From NCBI GenBank assembly GCA_033763455.1, contig JANRKO010000016.1, positions 32,001-96,000 on the forward strand: a stretch of DNA of 64,000 nucleotides, written 5' to 3'. The stretch comes from Polyangiaceae bacterium. GTDB taxonomy: Bacteria > Myxococcota_A > Polyangia > Polyangiales > Polyangiaceae. The notes beneath the pieces are model-generated. The model saw only the letters and a program-made list of their open reading frames with translations, was not told the DNA's origin and did no database searches. The translations under genes and the position numbers were made by a program. Below, in pieces: positions 1 to 9,741 of this stretch (its first letter is position 1; the number at the start of each line of letters is the position of its first letter).

Positions 1-316
1 CGGCGACAGCTCAACGCCAACAAATGTAGACTCCGGGAACTCTAGCGCAAGCGGTATGAGGTGAGCACCATCTGCACACCCCACGTCTAAGTAGCGGCAA
101 GCGTTCGCTTTGGCCGCTAGGAACCCATGAAAACGCGCGACCACTGCCAACCTATCCGGATGGGCCTGGGGGATCGCTTTCGCTTCGTAAGGCTGAGACT
201 CGTAGGACGACGAAGCGAGAACTTTCACGCTCCTTGCTATCTCCGACGAGCTCGCTCGGCGTCAAGGGCTGACGTCGGTGGATTTGGGCAATCTGCGCGC
301 GTATAAGCGCCAACCT

Positions 317-2038
317 ATGTCCGAGAAACCAAAAAGAAGAAGCCAAGCTTGGTTTGGACCGGCCGATCGCGACGGGTTCATTCACCGTGGATGGATGCGC
401 AACCAGGGGCTCCCCACGCATCTTTTCGACGGTCGACCGGTAATTGGCATTTGCAACACCTGGTCGGAGTTGACGCCGTGCAACGCACACTTTCGACAGA
501 TCGCAGAACACGTGAAGCGTGGAGTGTACGAAGCGGGTGGCTTCCCCGTGGAGTTTCCGGTGATGTCACTCGGGGAAACCCTTATGCGGCCGACAGCAAT
601 GCTGTTTCGCAATCTGGTGAGCATGGATGTTGAGGAATCTATCCGAGCTAACCCAATAGATGGAGTGGTGTTGCTCTGTGGCTGCGACAAGACAACACCC
701 GCACTTCTGATGGGCGCTGCTAGTTGCGATCTGCCGACCATCACCGTTTCCGGCGGGCCCATGCTGAACGGCAAATACCGGGGCCAGGAGATTGGCTCGG
801 GGACTTCCGTGTGGGAATTTAGCGAATCTGTGCGCGCGGGAAAAATGAGCTTGCCTGCGTTTATGGAGGCTGAGGCCTGCATGAGCCGCTCGGCGGGGCA
901 TTGCATGACCATGGGTACGGCCTCCACCATGGCTTCGATGGTGGAAGCGCTCGGCGCAGGTTTGCCGGGCAATGCGGCCATTCCAGCTGTAGATTCACGG
1001 CGCTACGTGCTTGCACATATGGCCGGCCGGCGCATTGTTGACATGGTCAACGAAGATCTCAAATTGTCGAAAATCCTGACCAAAGAGGCGTTCGAGAACG
1101 CGATTTTGGTAAACGGTGCGATTGGCGGTTCTACCAACGCCGTAGTGCACTTGCTCGCGATCGCCGGCAGGATCGGTGTTGACCTAACGCTTGCGGATTG
1201 GGACCGGTTGGGGCGCAACCTGCCTTGCCTGGTGAATCTCATGCCCTCCGGCAAATACCTCATGGAGGACTTCTACTACGCAGGTGGTGTGCCGGCCGTC
1301 ATTCGAGAGCTGGAAAGCTTGATCCGAAAGGATGCCCTCACGGTGAATGGTCATTCCCTGTGGGATAACTGCAAAGACGCCGAATGCTTCAACCGCGACG
1401 TGATCCACACCTTTTCCGAGCCTTTCACTAAACAGGGCGGAATCGCAGTGCTCCGCGGAAATTTGGCTCCGGATGGCGCCGTGCTCAAGCCCTCCGCCGC
1501 CACGCCAGAGCTCACGCAACATCGCGGCCGTGCCGTCGTGTTCGAGAGCATTGAAGATTACAAGGCACGCGTGGATTCCCCGGACCTCGATATTACCAAA
1601 GAGGACATCATGGTCCTCAAGAACTGTGGGCCCAAAGGTTACCCAGGCTTCCCGGAAGTCGGGAACATGGCGTTGCCGAAGAAGCTCCTCGCAGCAGGCG
1701 TTACCGATATGGTGCGCATCTCGGATGCACGCATGAGTGGCACCGCCTACGGAACCGTGGTGCTCCACGTAGCGCCGGAGGCCGCGGCTGGCGGTACACT
1801 CGCGTTGGTGCAGAGCGGCGACATGATCGAGCTCGACGTCGTCGGGCGGAGGTTGCACCTGGAGGTTCCCGATGCCGAGTTAGAAGCGAGGCGTCAGCGC
1901 TATCAGCGCCCAGAGAAGGCCTTCAAGCGGGGGTACGGGCTCCTCTTCGTAGATCACGTGCTCCAGGCCAACGAAGGCGTTGACCTGGACTTTCTGACGG
2001 GCGGAAGTGGCGCCCCCGTGGGCAAGGAATCCCACTGA
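317..2038 (+). CDS. IlvD/Edd-family dehydratase (sugar-acid, L-arabonate/D-xylonate dehydratase type)
   Basis: ELTPCN, GCDKT, GHCMTMGTASTM, GGSTN and DARMSGT motifs; C-terminal ESH typical of pentonate dehydratases; ATG at 317 preferred over ORF-track 278. Confidence 0.9.
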   Translation: MSEKPKRRSQAWFGPADRDGFIHRGWMRNQGLPTHLFDGRPVIGICNTWSELTPCNAHFRQIAEHVKRGVYEAGGFPVEFPVMSLGETLMRPTAMLFRNLVSMDVEESIRANPIDGVVLLCGCDKTTPALLMGAASCDLPTITVSGGPMLNGKYRGQEIGSGTSVWEFSESVRAGKMSLPAFMEAEACMSRSAGHCMTMGTASTMASMVEALGAGLPGNAAIPAVDSRRYVLAHMAGRRIVDMVNEDLKLSKILTKEAFENAILVNGAIGGSTNAVVHLLAIAGRIGVDLTLADWDRLGRNLPCLVNLMPSGKYLMEDFYYAGGVPAVIRELESLIRKDALTVNGHSLWDNCKDAECFNRDVIHTFSEPFTKQGGIAVLRGNLAPDGAVLKPSAATPELTQHRGRAVVFESIEDYKARVDSPDLDITKEDIMVLKNCGPKGYPGFPEVGNMALPKKLLAAGVTDMVRISDARMSGTAYGTVVLHVAPEAAAGGTLALVQSGDMIELDVVGRRLHLEVPDAELEARRQRYQRPEKAFKRGYGLLFVDHVLQANEGVDLDFLTGGSGAPVGKESH

Positions 2039-2069
2039 CTCCGCTCGGGCCCCAGCCGTGCTGGGGCTC

Positions 2070-2168
2070 AGCCGTTGCGGGGGCACAACTTAGCTGAGCC
2101 TTAGCCGTTGCGGGGGCACAACTTAGCTGAGGTTTAGCCGTTGCAGGGGCACAACTTAGCTGAGGCTT
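2070..2168. repeat. 3 x 33-nt tandem repeat, each unit a hairpin
   Basis: AGCCGTTGC(G/A)GGGGCACAACTTAGCTGAG at 2070, 2103 and 2136; third copy contains the stop codon of the DUF1552 gene. Confidence 0.95.
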
Positions 2169-3583
2169 ATTGCGCCTTTGTTGAATTCTGGATCGCCCAC
2201 CTGGGTGACATTAAGGCCCATGGTGTTCGCGACCGTAAGGAGCACGTCATTGATGTTGCGGTCCTGAGCATCGACACGTCGCCCGGTCCTGAATGCGCCT
2301 CCAGCCTTGCCAATAATGGTGGACATGGCGGGGGACAGGATGTGAGTCCCGTTACCCATTTCCGACGCGAGGTAAACGATCGAGTTATCGAGCATGCTGC
2401 CGTTCCCCTCGGGCGTATTTTTCAGCATGGTCACGAACTTGACCATCTCCTCGAATATCCACTTCTGAGCCTTGATGTATTCCCCACCATTCGAGCTGTG
2501 TTCCATCCCATGGTGGTCCCCGGAGCAACCAAGGAACTGGAAACGCGGAATGTGATCCCCAGACGAGAGCCACTGAAGCCCCATAACGCGCGTCAAATCG
2601 CAGTTCACGGCTTGATACGCGATATCATTGAACGCACGGCTTACGGTCTGGATGTCATTGCCACTCGTGTTGGCCGGGAGGGCACAACCCGCGCCAGGTG
2701 TCACGCCTGGGCCCACGATCACGCCGCCGCCGCCCCCACCCCCGCCGGTGGTACCGCCAGGCATGGGCAACTTGCCTTCTAGCTCACGCAGCGCCGTGAG
2801 GTGCTGATCAAGCTTGTTCTGCTCGTCGCTCCCCGCAATGGCCTTAACCTCCGCCATCTCAGCGAAGAGCAAATCTAGACGACTCTTGCCGCGCTCATAG
2901 AGGTTCACCAACGCTGGGTCCGGGCCCGCAGGCACTGCTGGCGTCGTACCGGTCGGGGCGGGCGGCGGCGCACCGCCTCCCGACGGCAAACCATTGCCGA
3001 ACAGGCGACTGAAGGCCGTCATGGGATCCGACATAGGTCGAACGGCCTGCCCGTTCTTGTACCAACACTCGGCGTGGTCTCCGCCTTGCCCCTTATCCCA
3101 CAAGGTTCCGAAGTGGAGCGAGGAAAACGGGGTGGTTTGACCCATGGCCGTAGCAATGTGCTGGTCGAGGGTAGTTGCCGTGCCGTAGCGGTAAGCGAGA
3201 GCCTCTTCGCCACACGCCGTGGTGCCCTTGCAGCCCTGATCGTTCACCGCTGCCCCAAACATGGAGCGACAACCCCCGCCGTGACCTTCGAGCTCCCAGA
3301 AGGTCGCTACCTTGTCGCCGGCCTGATTATTGATGTTGTCAAACACGATCATGTCCGACTGGAGGCTAGCCCAGGGCGAATATATCCCGTCAAAGTAGGT
3401 ATCCAGCTGCGACTCAGAGCCCGCGCGGAAGGGGATGCCACCCGGGAGATTGAGCATGATCAGGCGAAGTGGGAAGGTTGTTTGTGCTTCCGCGATCACG
3501 GAACGGAAAACCGGCGTTGCCAGAAACGCTGCAGCTCCGAGTTGTTTCAGGAGGGACCTACGCTTGAGAACCGCATTTTTCAT
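2156..3583 (-). CDS. DUF1552-domain protein, Tat-exported
   Basis: KRRSLLK twin-arginine signal, DPMTAFSRLF, CDLTRV, GSMLDNS..SEMGNG..H; downstream of a DUF1592-type gene. Confidence 0.85.
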   Translation of the reverse strand: MKNAVLKRRSLLKQLGAAAFLATPVFRSVIAEAQTTFPLRLIMLNLPGGIPFRAGSESQLDTYFDGIYSPWASLQSDMIVFDNINNQAGDKVATFWELEGHGGGCRSMFGAAVNDQGCKGTTACGEEALAYRYGTATTLDQHIATAMGQTTPFSSLHFGTLWDKGQGGDHAECWYKNGQAVRPMSDPMTAFSRLFGNGLPSGGGAPPPAPTGTTPAVPAGPDPALVNLYERGKSRLDLLFAEMAEVKAIAGSDEQNKLDQHLTALRELEGKLPMPGGTTGGGGGGGGVIVGPGVTPGAGCALPANTSGNDIQTVSRAFNDIAYQAVNCDLTRVMGLQWLSSGDHIPRFQFLGCSGDHHGMEHSSNGGEYIKAQKWIFEEMVKFVTMLKNTPEGNGSMLDNSIVYLASEMGNGTHILSPAMSTIIGKAGGAFRTGRRVDAQDRNINDVLLTVANTMGLNVTQVGDPEFNKGAISLS

Positions 3584-3628
3584 GATTCGGATTCCTTAAT
3601 TGGTCAAAATTAGTGCTGGCTGTGCCGC

Positions 3629-5362
3629 TCATTTGAAAGTTCGGAACACGAAGTTGTCAGACTTAGCCAAAGCCACCGCAACATCAGTAATCTTGAGGCC
3701 CGTGGGTGCCAACTGTGCCGCGATAGCATCCACGACTCCACGCTCCGCCGAAGACTCGTCACGCCCGAAGGCCCAACGGTAGGCCTGAAGGGTTAAGCAC
3801 TGCTTGCTTTCCAGGCTTCCCGCTAGCTTCTGCGCCAACGCTGGCGCACCCTGAAATGGCCCGTCGATGTCGAGAGTACTGGTGAAATTGCCGCTCGCAT
3901 CCACCGGCTTGCCGTTCTCCATGGTTCGGAATGCGCCTATCCCGTCGTAATTCTCCAAACCAAAACCAACCGGATCAATGAGTGCGTGGCAACCCGAGCA
4001 CCCTGGGTCGCTGGAGTGTTGAGCAAAGCGCTCACGCGTGGTGAGCGCTGGGTTCGGCGCCACCGGCATCACCGCGAGATTTGGCGGAGGTGAGGGCAGA
4101 ACCTGGCAGAGAAGGCCAATGCGAATCAACTTTCCTCGCCCAATTGGGAAGGACTCGAACGCCTTAGAGTGCTGACCGAGCACGCTAGCGTGCGAGAGAA
4201 TACCCATGCGCTCGGCGGTGTTGAGGGGCGTTTTCACCAGAGCCGCGCCACCGGGATCCGGCAAGCCGTAAAGGGTCGCAAGAGAAGAGTTGGCAAAGGT
4301 GTAATTAGCTGTGAGCAAGCTGGTGAAGGTTCCGTCGCCCTGCCACAAGACGTCGTCGATGAGCTGCTGGGTCTCAAGCTTCATTGCATCGCGTAGCTCT
4401 GGTGTGAACGCCGGGTACACGCCTGAATCCTTCTGGAGCTCCTCCAGGCGACTGGTGCGCACGAACATCTCTAGGAAATGGCGCAGGGTTGGCTTTGCTT
4501 CGGGTAACGCCAGGAGCCGTCGGGCTTGCGTCTCTCGTTGCTCTGCAGTCAAAAGAGCTCCGCTGTCCGCAGCCGCAAGCAGCGTGTCGTCGGGAATCGT
4601 GTCAGTTAACAGATACGAAAGCTGCGTGGCTACTTCGTAGGAGTTGAGCGAGCGATTGGGTCCCTGAGAGGCATCCCCCAGCTCAAACCGATACACGAAG
4701 TTCGGCGATTGGAGCATCGTTTCAATCACCTGGGTCACCGCCCCGGTGTAGCCTGTACGGGCTAGCTCACTCGCAAAGAGCGCCTGGTAGCGAGGAAACT
4801 CCGTTGAGCTCAGCGGCCTTCGGTAAGCACGCTTGCCGAAGCTCTGAATGAAAGCATCACCACAGGCGGTATCCGAGCCACCCGCACATGGGGCTACCGC
4901 GTAGGTTTTCGCGAGCTTTTCGGCGAGGCCCGCATATTGACCCGCAAGAATCGGCGCGACAGTTAGCGCTTGGCTATTGTTATCGAGGTAGCGCGTTGTT
5001 TGGCTCAGCGGCTCAAGGTCAAGCTTGTCCGTTGGGACTTCCGTTAGACCGAGAAGCTTCGCAGCGCTTGATTTGTACTGCGTGTTGGTGAGCCGCCGTA
5101 AGGCGGTTGGGCCGTAAACTGCGCCAGTCGGTGGAGGAGGAGGAGGAGGCAGGACCCCAGGGGTACCAGTACCACCAGGACCCGTGCTTCCAGGGGTAGG
5201 AGTCCCAGTTGTGCCAGGCGCTGGCGTACCATCCGGGCCGACGCCGGGCGCCCCAGGCATGGTACCTTTGGTGGTGGGGCGGCCCTCCACTGCGTTGGAG
5301 CACCCGATCGCGCCCAGGAGCGCTGCGCATAAAATCGTCTTACCAATGAGTTGTTGCATCAC
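3629..5362 (-). CDS. DUF1587/1595/1592/1588/1585-type lipoprotein with CxxCH
   Basis: Lipobox AIGC, Pro/Gly linker, LRRLTNTQY, RAYRRPL, LQSPNFVYR, TTRERF..H, CSGCH, DPVGFGLENYDGIG. Confidence 0.88.
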   Translation of the reverse strand: MMQQLIGKTILCAALLGAIGCSNAVEGRPTTKGTMPGAPGVGPDGTPAPGTTGTPTPGSTGPGGTGTPGVLPPPPPPPTGAVYGPTALRRLTNTQYKSSAAKLLGLTEVPTDKLDLEPLSQTTRYLDNNSQALTVAPILAGQYAGLAEKLAKTYAVAPCAGGSDTACGDAFIQSFGKRAYRRPLSSTEFPRYQALFASELARTGYTGAVTQVIETMLQSPNFVYRFELGDASQGPNRSLNSYEVATQLSYLLTDTIPDDTLLAAADSGALLTAEQRETQARRLLALPEAKPTLRHFLEMFVRTSRLEELQKDSGVYPAFTPELRDAMKLETQQLIDDVLWQGDGTFTSLLTANYTFANSSLATLYGLPDPGGAALVKTPLNTAERMGILSHASVLGQHSKAFESFPIGRGKLIRIGLLCQVLPSPPPNLAVMPVAPNPALTTRERFAQHSSDPGCSGCHALIDPVGFGLENYDGIGAFRTMENGKPVDASGNFTSTLDIDGPFQGAPALAQKLAGSLESKQCLTLQAYRWAFGRDESSAERGVVDAIAAQLAPTGLKITDVAVALAKSDNFVFRTFK

Positions 5363-5628
5363 TCACCTCGAATTGCAGTTCAGCCCACAGGGTAACAGAG
5401 AGCCACTAGCATATTGGACTCAATTGTTCGGCGGATATTAGCACTTTTACAGTACCAATTCCGGCGGCAACCAAAACTTACTGAGCCACAGCACCCGGCC
5501 CGGCCGACTCCACGTGCGTGGGCCATCCGTGTTAGGAGGGGTTTTATAGCAGATTATGGTCAGGTTTGACACGCCGCTTTAGGTTCTCGTCTTACGACCT
5601 GCGCCGGCACGACTGACCACGAATAGGC

Positions 5629-6297
5629 CTAATGCAACTTTAGATTCTTGTTTCGATCTATGGCGGGTGCTCGTGTAGGTTCCGGGGCAACCTTGGGCGC
5701 CGGCTCAGGCCGGGGCCCACCAAGACGTAGAGCCACCCAGGTGGCAGCAGCGCTAATGATTGCGCTTGCATAGAGCCCCCAACCCCAATCGTAGGTGATC
5801 CTGATAAATCGCCCTGCCGTGGGAGGCCGCCAGAATAGGATCAAAACCTCGAGCAGCGTGAGCACTGCAAACGTTGCGCTGATTACGCGAACGCCTCGCA
5901 AATCATAGGCACAGCGCCGAGTAACCAAGAGCGGAATGAGGATGAAAAACCCCAGCGCTCCACCCCAAAACCAACCCGATCGCCTGTGAGCAATTTGAAA
6001 TCCGGTGATCTCCGAAGGATCCGGCGCCGTGACACTTAGCCACGGTGCGAAGAAGCAACCGAGCCCAGCCAATGCTAACAACACCAACAGCCCTCGCCCC
6101 TTGCCGAAATAGAACAGGCCAAATCGTACGTCATCTGGGTGCTCGACAGTACCACTCAGGGCGTCTTCCAGGCGCGCTTCGTCAGAAAGCGGGAGGCTGC
6201 CAAGCGGCACCAGCTCAACATCACAAGTTGGACAGCGCGAGGCCTCCTCAGCACCGTAGAGCTCGCGACAGAAGGGGCAGGACAGGAGTTGTCCCAT
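5629..6297 (-). CDS. Membrane protein with N-terminal zinc ribbon
   Basis: CPFC-x11-CPTC followed by about 4 hydrophobic segments. Confidence 0.7.
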   Translation of the reverse strand: MGQLLSCPFCRELYGAEEASRCPTCDVELVPLGSLPLSDEARLEDALSGTVEHPDDVRFGLFYFGKGRGLLVLLALAGLGCFFAPWLSVTAPDPSEITGFQIAHRRSGWFWGGALGFFILIPLLVTRRCAYDLRGVRVISATFAVLTLLEVLILFWRPPTAGRFIRITYDWGWGLYASAIISAAATWVALRLGGPRPEPAPKVAPEPTRAPAIDRNKNLKLH

Positions 6298-6442
6298 GGG
6301 GGGCCCGAGAGCATACCGAAGATGGGGAGGCCCGGGACACTCGCGTTCCGCGGCAGCTAGCCTGGTAGCCGTAGAACCGCTTGTTTTCCGCCAGAAGAGG
6401 GGCGCTCGCGCTGGCGAGCCAACTTCGCTAGCCTACACGAGC

Positions 6443-7228
6443 GTGTCAGATTCTGTGCAGGATCCCAAGGCTCCCCAAGAGAAAGATGCCTCGCCCGAGG
6501 ATCCTCGGGCGCATGTGGCGCGTCTTTTTGGACTCCCGAGCGATCACCCGCTGTTCGAAGAGGCAACCACCCACCCGAGCCTCGCCAATGAACAGCCTGG
6601 AATTGCCGATAACCAACGTCTTGAATTTCTCGGCGACTCTGTGCTCGGCTTCTGCATCAGTGAAATCCTGTTCGCTCGGTTCCCCGGCGAGGACGAAGGA
6701 GCCCTCACACGGCTTCGATCCCAACTGGTAAACGCCGAATCGCTCGCGCGTTGGGGCATGCAAACGCCCATCCCTGAAGTTTTACGCTTGGGCAAAGGTG
6801 CTGATGAAAATCGACTGAAACAAAGTGTGAATGTAATTGCCGACGCGGTGGAGGCCTTGATCGCGGCGGCCTATCTTCACTCTGGCCTACCGACCGCGCG
6901 CAACATTTGCCTTGTCATAGCCGAATATGGCCTACAAAAAGGGCACAGCGGACAATTGGATGCTAAAAGCGAGCTCCAAGAGCGAGTGCAAGCCCTGGGC
7001 GCTCCTTCACCTACCTACCTCGTGCTCGAAACCTCTGGCCCCGCCCATCAACGTTGGTTTCGCATTCAAGTGTGCGTTGGAGGGGAAGGCGTGGGGTTTG
7101 GCGAAGGTCGCTCAAAGCGCGATGCAGAACGTTCAGCTGCTCGCGACGCTCTCGATAGTGGCAGGTGGGAGTTAGCCGCTCCATCGGCGCCTGCCGCATC
7201 TCTTTCAACCTCGCCGGACGAACGGTAA
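6443..7228 (+). CDS. rnc: Ribonuclease III
   Basis: NQRLEFLGDSVL signature, ADAVEALIAA, C-terminal dsRBD (KSELQE..GPAH..G.SKRDAE); start uncertain (GTG 6443). Confidence 0.93.
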   Translation: MSDSVQDPKAPQEKDASPEDPRAHVARLFGLPSDHPLFEEATTHPSLANEQPGIADNQRLEFLGDSVLGFCISEILFARFPGEDEGALTRLRSQLVNAESLARWGMQTPIPEVLRLGKGADENRLKQSVNVIADAVEALIAAAYLHSGLPTARNICLVIAEYGLQKGHSGQLDAKSELQERVQALGAPSPTYLVLETSGPAHQRWFRIQVCVGGEGVGFGEGRSKRDAERSAARDALDSGRWELAAPSAPAASLSTSPDER

Positions 7229-7232
7229 AGTT

Positions 7233-7658
7233 ATGCGACTCAATTCCCACCGACGCAGTTGGTTTGCCGTATGTGCGCTAGGAGCGCTGCTCTTTTTCGC
7301 TCCCCTGTGTTGGGCGGGGACCTATTTGAGTCGTGCGGGCCTCTTGGTCGAAGGCGCCAGTGCCGATACCGAGTTTCTCCGGGCACGTGTGAACGACGTC
7401 GAACTCGCGCGAGTTGTTCAGCGTTTGGCCGAAGCTAGAGTTCAGGCTGCCGGCAGTATGGATATCCCTAAGGAAGTGGCCCTGGCTCATCCACACTTAC
7501 TCCTCGTGCTCGAAAACTACGAGAGAGCCGCCCAAGCTGCCGTAAGCAAAGATCCGAAAGCATTCGTAGTGCTGCACGCGCGCGCGCGCGATGAAGAAGC
7601 CACCTTGCGTGGAGTGCTCAAGCAGCTCGGCTTTGAACTCCCGAAGGTCCGGCCTTGA
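7233..7658 (+). CDS. Hypothetical exported protein
   Basis: Signal-like N-terminus; tightly coupled between rnc and the PPIase gene. Confidence 0.65.
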   Translation: MRLNSHRRSWFAVCALGALLFFAPLCWAGTYLSRAGLLVEGASADTEFLRARVNDVELARVVQRLAEARVQAAGSMDIPKEVALAHPHLLLVLENYERAAQAAVSKDPKAFVVLHARARDEEATLRGVLKQLGFELPKVRP

Positions 7659-8545
7659 AACAGCTGTTTTCCCCCTTTATCTTCACGGCGTGTTTACTCG
7701 CGTCGAGCGTTCGCGCGGACGAACCGCGTGCACTCCTTTTGGTGGCTGGTGAATCGCTCACACGGAACACCGTGCAGTCGCGGCTCAACGCCGCCGCGAG
7801 CTGGCAACTGGAGCCGTTTGGTCCAACAAAAGAACAGCGCGCGGAGGGTTTCGTGCGCGGCGTTTTGGGCCTTGAGTTGATGGAGGCGGCGGAGGCCAAA
7901 GCCCGGCATCTGGACGCAACTCCAGCGGGTCGCGATGCCCGAAAAGTCATCCTGGCACGCGCACTGGAAGCTTCTCTGCTGCAGGAGATAATCGCCCAAG
8001 ATCGGGTAAAACAGGCCGATATTGAGCGCTATTTCGCCGACCACCGATCGGAGTTTATCCGTCCGCCAAGCGTTGCGGTCTGGCGAATCGTGGTCACCTC
8101 GGAGGCGCGCGCCCTCGCGATCATCCAAGAGTGCCAAGGCACAGGCGGGCTGGCTAAATGGCGCCAGATAGCACGCGCCGAGTCGGTCGACCACGCCACG
8201 CATATGCGGGCAGGCGATCTCGGCTTTGTCCGCGCGGATGGTTCGACAACGTTTCCGCAGTTGCGAGTGAGCCCCCAAATCTATGCGGCCCTAGCAAACG
8301 TGGAGGATGGCGCCATTGCACCCAAGCCGCTCAAGCTAGATGAGAACTATGCCGTGCTTTGGCGACGCGGAAGCCTGGGTGAGGAGCGCGCTGATCTGAG
8401 AAGTGAAAGCCCGAAAATCGCCGATCTTTTGCGGCGAAAAGCCCTCTCCGAAGACCGCGGCGCCCTGCTTGATCGCCTGAGGAAACAGCACTTAAAAGAT
8501 CACAATCCGCTGCTTCTTGAAGTCTTAGACGGCAAGGCCTTCTAG
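7655..8545 (+). CDS. Parvulin/PpiC-type peptidyl-prolyl isomerase-like chaperone
   Basis: Signal peptide, IERYF..H..EF, ARAESVD..T...AGDLGFV rotamase-like motif. Confidence 0.75.
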   Translation: MKQLFSPFIFTACLLASSVRADEPRALLLVAGESLTRNTVQSRLNAAASWQLEPFGPTKEQRAEGFVRGVLGLELMEAAEAKARHLDATPAGRDARKVILARALEASLLQEIIAQDRVKQADIERYFADHRSEFIRPPSVAVWRIVVTSEARALAIIQECQGTGGLAKWRQIARAESVDHATHMRAGDLGFVRADGSTTFPQLRVSPQIYAALANVEDGAIAPKPLKLDENYAVLWRRGSLGEERADLRSESPKIADLLRRKALSEDRGALLDRLRKQHLKDHNPLLLEVLDGKAF

Positions 8546-9585
8546 GCCGAACGCACTTCAGGCAATTGCGTTTCGCCTGCGACTTCATCGGCGTCATCCA
8601 GCACACGCTTGTGCATTGGACGCACACCGAGCGCATTCAACCGAGTGCGAGCGATTTCGATTGCCTCAATATTCTTATCAATGCCTATAGAGCGCCGCCC
8701 AAGCTCACTTGCCACGGCGACCGTTGTACCGCTGCCTAGATACGGATCAAGCACGATTTCCCCGGGATCCGTCAGGCTTTCGATCACCCGTCGGAGCAGG
8801 GCCGCCGGTTTTTGGGTCGGATACCCTGTGCGCTCCTTGGCTACCGGCGCCACTATTCCAATATCCCAAACGTCTCCCATAGGAACACCCGGTGACGCAT
8901 CTTCGGTCGTGCTGGAGCGTACCCGCCGCCCATCGGCACCCACCACCGCACGCTGCTTTTTGGTTCCCCACGTAGCCAACGTGGTTGCGGCCAGTGGCTC
9001 ATAGAGTGCGTTGAAGCGCGGCGGCACTTGGGGGTCTTTCACGTAGCGCAGCAACACGTCGTGAACTCGCTGAAAATTTGGTGTTTTCGCAGGCCAGCGC
9101 CGATACCGCCAGACAATTTCACTCGCGAAGCAATCGGGCCCAAACACCTCGTCACACACCACCTTGAGGTAATGCGAGGTCTTGGGATCCACGTGGAGCA
9201 CGAGGCTTCCGTGAGGTGCCAACAAGCGCCTCACCGCGGCGATTCGATCCGAGATGTCTTCCAAGTATTCGGAGAGGCCCGCCCATCGATCGTCGAACGC
9301 CGGACGCGTAGAGCGCACAAGACCACCGCGCACATCACGGCTACGTTCAACACGCTCATGCACGCGACCGGTGAAGAACGGCGGATCGAGATAAGCAAGC
9401 GTCACCTCACCTGCTACGGTATCGAGCAGCGCCGAAAGCGCCTTCAGATTATCCCCGGAAATCAGCAGGTTATCGCGACTCCCGCGCTGCACAATGCCGA
9501 GATCCGCCGTGCTAGCAGCAGCCGGAGCGCGGCGATTGGCCCAGTTCAAAGTTACCGGAAACGTCGGATGGCAAGCGGGTCGCAC
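8542..9585 (-). CDS. Site-specific DNA methyltransferase (N6A/N4C, beta class)
   Basis: GDNL, YLDPPF catalytic motif, YPTQKP, VLDPYLGSGTT SAM-binding motif after the catalytic motif. Confidence 0.9.
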   Translation of the reverse strand: MRPACHPTFPVTLNWANRRAPAAASTADLGIVQRGSRDNLLISGDNLKALSALLDTVAGEVTLAYLDPPFFTGRVHERVERSRDVRGGLVRSTRPAFDDRWAGLSEYLEDISDRIAAVRRLLAPHGSLVLHVDPKTSHYLKVVCDEVFGPDCFASEIVWRYRRWPAKTPNFQRVHDVLLRYVKDPQVPPRFNALYEPLAATTLATWGTKKQRAVVGADGRRVRSSTTEDASPGVPMGDVWDIGIVAPVAKERTGYPTQKPAALLRRVIESLTDPGEIVLDPYLGSGTTVAVASELGRRSIGIDKNIEAIEIARTRLNALGVRPMHKRVLDDADEVAGETQLPEVRSA

Positions 9586-9741
9586 AGTGTGTGTCAGGGT
9601 AGCCGGGAGCGATCACCCGGGGCCAAGTTTGCGCAGAGCAGTGCAGGACAGTTGGCGTCCGGCAAGGGCGATAAGTGCCAAAAGAAGCGGAACCTCGCTC
9701 GGTATGGACACGCCTAGAGAAGCAGTTAATAAACGTCACCG

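Noticed and set aside
2070..2168. CRISPR array
   Set aside because: Repeats are contiguous with no unique spacers, and there are no cas genes in the window
5440..5458. sigma54 promoter for the DUF1592/DUF1552 operon
   Set aside because: GG-N12-GC spacing
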